A DNA stretch of 64,000 bases. Source: Limnothrix sp. BL-A-16 (lineage in GTDB: Bacteria > Cyanobacteriota > Cyanobacteriia > CACIAM-69d). Under the pieces are notes generated by a model. It was not told the origin of the DNA. It ran no database searches and saw nothing but the letters and a program-made list of their open reading frames with translations. Positions within the stretch are counted from its first letter, which is position 1. Each line of letters opens with the position of its first letter. Below, piece after piece: positions 61,424 to 64,000 of this stretch. Made by a program: the position numbers and the translations under genes. The stretch spans positions 192,001-256,000 of the forward strand of contig CP166615.1 of assembly GCA_041937175.2 (NCBI GenBank), written 5' to 3'.

Positions 61424-62797
61424 TCAAGTCGGCCCAAGCAAGCCGGCCCAAGCAAGCCTAGCTGTGCCATAGGCCGCTTCCGTCTGCCTGGCCGATCGCA
61501 CGGGGCAACCCAAATGGCGCGATCGAATGGCCGTCCAAACATCGTTTTTTGCCCCACCGCCGGCCGTCTGCACTGATTGCAGCGGGCTGGCTCCCAACTG
61601 CTGCAATAGCCGATAGCCTTCGGCCTCAATTCGGGCTAAACCCTCCAAAATGCCTTGCAAAAAGGCGGTGGGATCCGTCGGTCGGGGCGTGAGACGCGGG
61701 GGCAGGTGGGGATCGCAAATGGGGAAGCGATCGCCCGGCTCCAGTAGGGGGTAATAGTCGAGGGGGCTGGGCTGCTGGGGATCAATTTGGGCACTGAGCC
61801 GTTGTAAATCTTGGTCAGAAAAGAAGTGCCGCAACACTCGGCCGCCCGCATTGGAAGCCCCGCCCACCAACCAGCGATCGGCTGAAGGTGGGCGAGAGGT
61901 CTTGCTGCCACCCACAGGGGCCAAGCTGGCCATCAACGATCGCCCCAGAAAGTGGCTATAGACCCCATGGGCGCGATCGGCCACGGGCTGCTCGCTCAGT
62001 AATTTAATTGCCAGGGTCGATCCCAAGGAAGTGACCGCCTGGCCCGGTTCCTGGACTCCGCTGGCCAAAAATGCCGCAATGCTATCGGTCGTGCCGGTGC
62101 AAATTTGGCAATCGATCGGGAAATCCCAGCGATCGGCCCACTGGGGCAAAATGGTTCCGATCGCCTGGCCCGGTTGGGCAATTTGGGGCAGTGATGGCGC
62201 AATATCCAAATCGCACAACCATTGGGGATAGGTTTGGCGGATGGGGTCGCCCCCCAATTTCAGCGCGTTGTGATAGTCCGTAATCCCGAATTGGCCGTGC
62301 AGTTGGGCCCCGAGCCAATCCGCTTGATGTAGCAATTGGGGCGGATCTGCCGTGGGCCATTGACCGTCGAATCGCGTTGCTCGCCACCAGAGCAGCTTGG
62401 CCAGGCTGGAGGTGGCACTGTGGGTGACGTGATCTGCTGGGGCGATCGCGGCAATCTGGGGCAAAACGGATTGGCCCCGATCGTCATCGTAGGCGAGGGG
62501 ATCGGTCAGAGGGTGACCCTGACGATCGCACAGCAGCACCGTTCCCGATGTGCCATTAATGGCGATCGCCCCCGTTTGTTGCCGCACCGATCGGGGCAAA
62601 TCCGCCAGCAGGGCCGTCAATTGCGCCAACCAATCGGCTGCATTCCCCAATCCCGTCCCCGATGCGCTCACCTGTGCCTGAGCCACCACCGATCCCCATC
62701 GATCGACCACCATGGCCCGGGCCCCGGAGGTTCCAAAATCAATGCCCATCGCCAACCGGTTGGCCCATCGTTCATCGAGGTCCCAATCCATACCCAT
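61424..62797 (-). CDS. FGGY-family carbohydrate kinase (ribulose/xylulose kinase-like)
   Basis: GIDFGTSGAR, GTSGT, GTTDSIAAF, SLGSTL, GGASNAGG, AGGGA. Confidence 0.9.
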   Translation of the reverse strand: MGMDWDLDERWANRLAMGIDFGTSGARAMVVDRWGSVVAQAQVSASGTGLGNAADWLAQLTALLADLPRSVRQQTGAIAINGTSGTVLLCDRQGHPLTDPLAYDDDRGQSVLPQIAAIAPADHVTHSATSSLAKLLWWRATRFDGQWPTADPPQLLHQADWLGAQLHGQFGITDYHNALKLGGDPIRQTYPQWLCDLDIAPSLPQIAQPGQAIGTILPQWADRWDFPIDCQICTGTTDSIAAFLASGVQEPGQAVTSLGSTLAIKLLSEQPVADRAHGVYSHFLGRSLMASLAPVGGSKTSRPPSADRWLVGGASNAGGRVLRHFFSDQDLQRLSAQIDPQQPSPLDYYPLLEPGDRFPICDPHLPPRLTPRPTDPTAFLQGILEGLARIEAEGYRLLQQLGASPLQSVQTAGGGAKNDVWTAIRSRHLGCPVRSARQTEAAYGTARLAWAGLLGPT

Positions 62798-62868
62798 GGT
62801 TCCTAGTGGGTTAACTGCCAGTGCGTTAAGTTGAAGCTTGATTGCTGCCTTTGCCCAATTTTGCTCCT

Positions 62869-64000
62869 ATGCCTCAGCCGATCGCGCCTTCTGCCACCTC
62901 GCCTCAGGAATTGGTGAAAACCCAGCACGACTTTTTCAAGTTGGGCTACACCCGCGATGTGGATTATCGGCTGCGACGGCTTCAGGATCTGCGTCGAGCC
63001 ATTGAAGAACAGCAGGATCAGCTCCTACGGGCCTTGCAGATGGATTTGGGCAAACCCCCCTTTGAAGCGGTGCTGGCGGAGTTGGAATTTTGCCTATTGG
63101 AAATTGACCAGGCCCTCAAGCATCTGCGGAGCTGGGTTAAGCCCCGATCGGTCGGGTTGCCTGTCACCCTCTGGCCCGGTCGGGCCAAGGTGCAGCGGGA
63201 GCCGTTGGGGGTGGTGTTGATTATGGGGGCTTGGAACTATCCCGTGCAGTTGACCTTGGGGCCGCTGGTGGGGGCGATCGCGGCGGGCAACTGCGCGGTG
63301 ATTAAGCCCTCGGAGGTTGCTCCCCAGAGTTCTCGGGCGATCGCGGATTTAATTCGCCGGGCCTTTGACCCAATGTATGTGGCGGTGGCGGAAGGGGGAA
63401 TTCAAATCAGCCAAGCTTTGCTGGAGGAACCCTTCGATCATATTTTTTATACGGGTGGCCCCACGGTGGCGAAGGTGGTGATGGCCTACGCGGCCCAGCG
63501 ACTCACACCGGTCACCCTGGAGCTGGGGGGCAAAAATCCCTGCATTCTGGATCGCTCGGCCGATTTCCCGATCGCGGCCCGGCGAATTGTTTGGGGCAAG
63601 TTTTTCAATGCAGGACAAAGCTGCTTGGCCCCTGACTATGTGTTGGTGCCGCGCGATCGGGAAGCGGAGTTTCTGGCGTTGGCCCAAGGGGCCATCACCG
63701 ACTTTTTTGGCCCTACCCCCAGCCTCAGCCCCGATTTTGCCCGCATCGCCAATGACTATCACCTAGAACGGCTATTACGGCTGATTCCCGGCTCGGGCCA
63801 GAGGGTGGTGGGCGGGGATGCGGATCCGGCGCAGCGCTACTTGGCCCCAACCCTGTTGGCGGCGGTGCAGTGGAACGATCCCGTGATGCAAGAGGAGATT
63901 TTTGGGCCCATTTTGCCGGTGTTGGCCTACGACCACTTGGACGGGGCGATCGCCCAAATCAATGCCCGACCCCATCCTTTGGCCTGCTATGTGTTTGCCA
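62869..64000 (+). CDS. Aldehyde dehydrogenase (ALDH3-type); runs off the window end and is absent from the ORF track
   Basis: Manual translation from ATG 62869: MPQPIAPS...DLGKP...AWNYP...KPSE...FYTGG...LELGGKNP...NAGQSC...EEIFGP. Confidence 0.92.
   Translation, partial: MPQPIAPSATSPQELVKTQHDFFKLGYTRDVDYRLRRLQDLRRAIEEQQDQLLRALQMDLGKPPFEAVLAELEFCLLEIDQALKHLRSWVKPRSVGLPVTLWPGRAKVQREPLGVVLIMGAWNYPVQLTLGPLVGAIAAGNCAVIKPSEVAPQSSRAIADLIRRAFDPMYVAVAEGGIQISQALLEEPFDHIFYTGGPTVAKVVMAYAAQRLTPVTLELGGKNPCILDRSADFPIAARRIVWGKFFNAGQSCLAPDYVLVPRDREAEFLALAQGAITDFFGPTPSLSPDFARIANDYHLERLLRLIPGSGQRVVGGDADPAQRYLAPTLLAAVQWNDPVMQEEIFGPILPVLAYDHLDGAIAQINARPHPLACYVFA

Noticed and set aside
1..64000. GCGATCGC over-representation as a novel signal
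   Set aside because: This is the well-known cyanobacterial HIP1 repeat.

Overview
Cyanobacterial chromosomal window: GCGATCGC (HIP1) octamers are very frequent and psb28, psb32 and ado/aar are present. It is mostly housekeeping and accessory genes: the rimP-nusA-ylxR-infB operon (infB is split by a frameshift), a trpE/pabB-like gene, two PEP-CTERM paralogues, csaB, a diguanylate cyclase, purK, uvrB, gyrA, an M10/RTX protease, a P-type ATPase, two sensor kinases (one with two cyanobacteriochrome GAFs), ado-aar-accA, psb28, two methyltransferases, a P450, an FGGY kinase and a partial aldehyde dehydrogenase. The most unusual part is about 35.7-43.6 kb. It holds a MITE, two FGE-sulfatase/C-lectin genes whose 3' ends look like diversity-generating-retroelement (DGR) variable regions, and a Trypco1/CU044_2847-like gene. 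That gene is head-to-head with a 1651-aa caspase-like protease + P-loop NTPase + 18 near-identical, combinatorially varying 34-aa HAT/TPR repeats, an NLR-like candidate conflict or immunity system. Intergenic DNA carries at least two MITE families and REP-like palindromes. No rRNA, tRNA, CRISPR array, transposase or reverse transcriptase was recognised. All family calls come from motif recognition by eye, not database searches.
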